A stretch of DNA of 64,000 bases, taken from the NCBI GenBank assembly GCA_027923505.1, contig BROI01000005.1, positions 434,001-498,000 of the forward strand. The letters are read 5' to 3'. The notes beneath the pieces were generated by a model. That model saw only the letters and a program-made list of their open reading frames with translations. It was not told where the DNA came from and made no database searches. The DNA comes from Mayamaea pseudoterrestris. Taxonomy: Eukaryota. Shown here piece by piece: positions 62,215 to 64,000 of the stretch. Numbering within the stretch: the stretch's first letter is position 1; each line of letters begins with the position of its first letter. The position numbers were made by a program, and so were the translations under genes.

Positions 62215-62658
62215 CTAGATTAGAAGCTGCTCAATCTTCAACTTCATTCCATCAATAGCACTTCTCAGCTGCGAAGCCTCGTTGGTTGTGATTGAGCATG
62301 CAATTACTGGACGAGACACTCCGCAGGCACGTCCGAGAGCTACTTTGCTGTCGTAAACTATCGTTAGAAGGTGCATGGCGCAATGAGTGCCTCAGATCAT
62401 TCCGTATCCAGTAACTTACCTGGGCAAGAACACATACGGCACATTCTTATCTTCACAAAGCAAAGGCAAATGTAAAAGGATTTCAATCGGTTCAGCATCA
62501 GCCGCCATAATAATGAGCTCGCTAATGCCGCGGTTCAGCGTCTTGGTAGCCTCGTTAGCGCCCTTCTTAGTTTGTTTATAGTTGGTCGCCTGCTGGACCA
62601 AGTCCAGCAGAGCAATAGTGAGCTCCGAGTCAGCGAGTGGGTAGGCCTTGTCCGACAT
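62215..62658 (-). CDS. SNU13: SNU13/NHP2L1 (15.5K) K-turn binding protein; one intron
   Basis: [54 protein letters not shown]. Confidence 0.97.
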
Positions 62659-62857
62659 GGTTCAAAGCAGTCGATGGTCAGAGTTGAAAAGAAAAATAGA
62701 GCAAATCAAGCAACGCGACAGCATGCCATGCCGGGCGTCGTCAATAATCTTTTTCGTGGCTCCAAAGGAGGTGCGAGTGACGCACAGACGAGAATGATTC
62801 ATGATTAGGGATGGAGTTTTCCATTCCACCGCGCCGTCGCGCGCCCAAAAATCGACC

Positions 62858-63343
62858 ATGGCGACCGACGCTCTTGCAGCAGCCGCGTCCGACGCAGTGC
62901 AAGCGACCGTAGTACCGGTAAATAGCTATGATGCATGATTTGATTATAAGTGGTGAACTGTCCTTGCTTATGAAGATAACTTCCTTTTTTGCGTCCAACA
63001 GGATGACACAGCATTCGCTTCCACTGCAGCAGATGCCAGGAAGCGCACTCCTTCCGACTACCTTAAATCAGTTCTTGGTCGACCAGTGAGAGTCAAACTC
63101 AATTCAGGCATTGAATACAGAGGTGTACTTGCTTGTCTTGATGGCTTTCTTAACATTGCGCTCGAACAAACGGAAGAGTTTATTGATGGCCAGCTCAAGG
63201 CCAAGTATGGCGATGCCTTTATTCGAGGAAATAATGGTACCTATCTTGCTGTTGTTTGATTCGTTGCAACTTATTAACCCGTTCTGACTTTATTCTATCC
63301 TTGATCAGTCATGTACATTTCAACGGTAGCGAAGCGCAGATAA
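62858..63343 (+). CDS. LSM6: U6 snRNA-associated Sm-like protein LSm6; exons 62858-62917, 63002-63236, 63309-63343 (absent from ORF track)
   Basis: Manual translation: TPSDYLKSVLGRPVRVKLNSGIEYRGVLACLDGFLNIALEQTEE...KYGDAFIRGNNVMYIS. Confidence 0.95.
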
Positions 63344-63454
63344 TCATTGTTGCGGTTGCTGTGCGAAATCGAGATGATCTGCCGATACAAGAATTTACTG
63401 GATAAATTAAAATCATAAATCAGTCATACTATATTCCGCTTAGAAACGATATAT

Positions 63455-64000
<546 letters not shown>

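Overview
Gene-dense eukaryotic DNA with short GT-AG introns, most likely from a diatom (inferred from gene content and a diatom-type Ty1/copia element). All family calls come from motifs recognised by eye; no database search was run. Left to right: an AT-rich, possibly mobile-element-derived 2.7 kb segment with an MBD-like ORF; a 2,183-codon membrane protein joining a BPI/LBP-like domain and a duplicated ~616-aa TULIP-like unit to two PqiA/LetA-type membrane domains (best candidate for an undescribed lipid-transport system); V-ATPase subunit a; delta-9 desaturase; HSP90. From ~20.5 to 41.4 kb lies a block bounded by two identical copia LTR copies, in which most genes (PUB-UBX, Nup153-like, GH16, MPP-alpha tail, EDR2_C/CRAL-TRIO protein, the copia gag-pol itself) are broken by small indels, either assembly error or a decaying allele. 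The copia has a full internal region but only one LTR. The right third holds intact housekeeping genes: malic enzyme, NDUFAF7-like, RHL1-like, SF1, a CBS protein with a 12-nt microexon, SNF2 helicase, METTL21-like, DDAH, TsaD, SLBP, SNU13, LSM6 and partial GMD.
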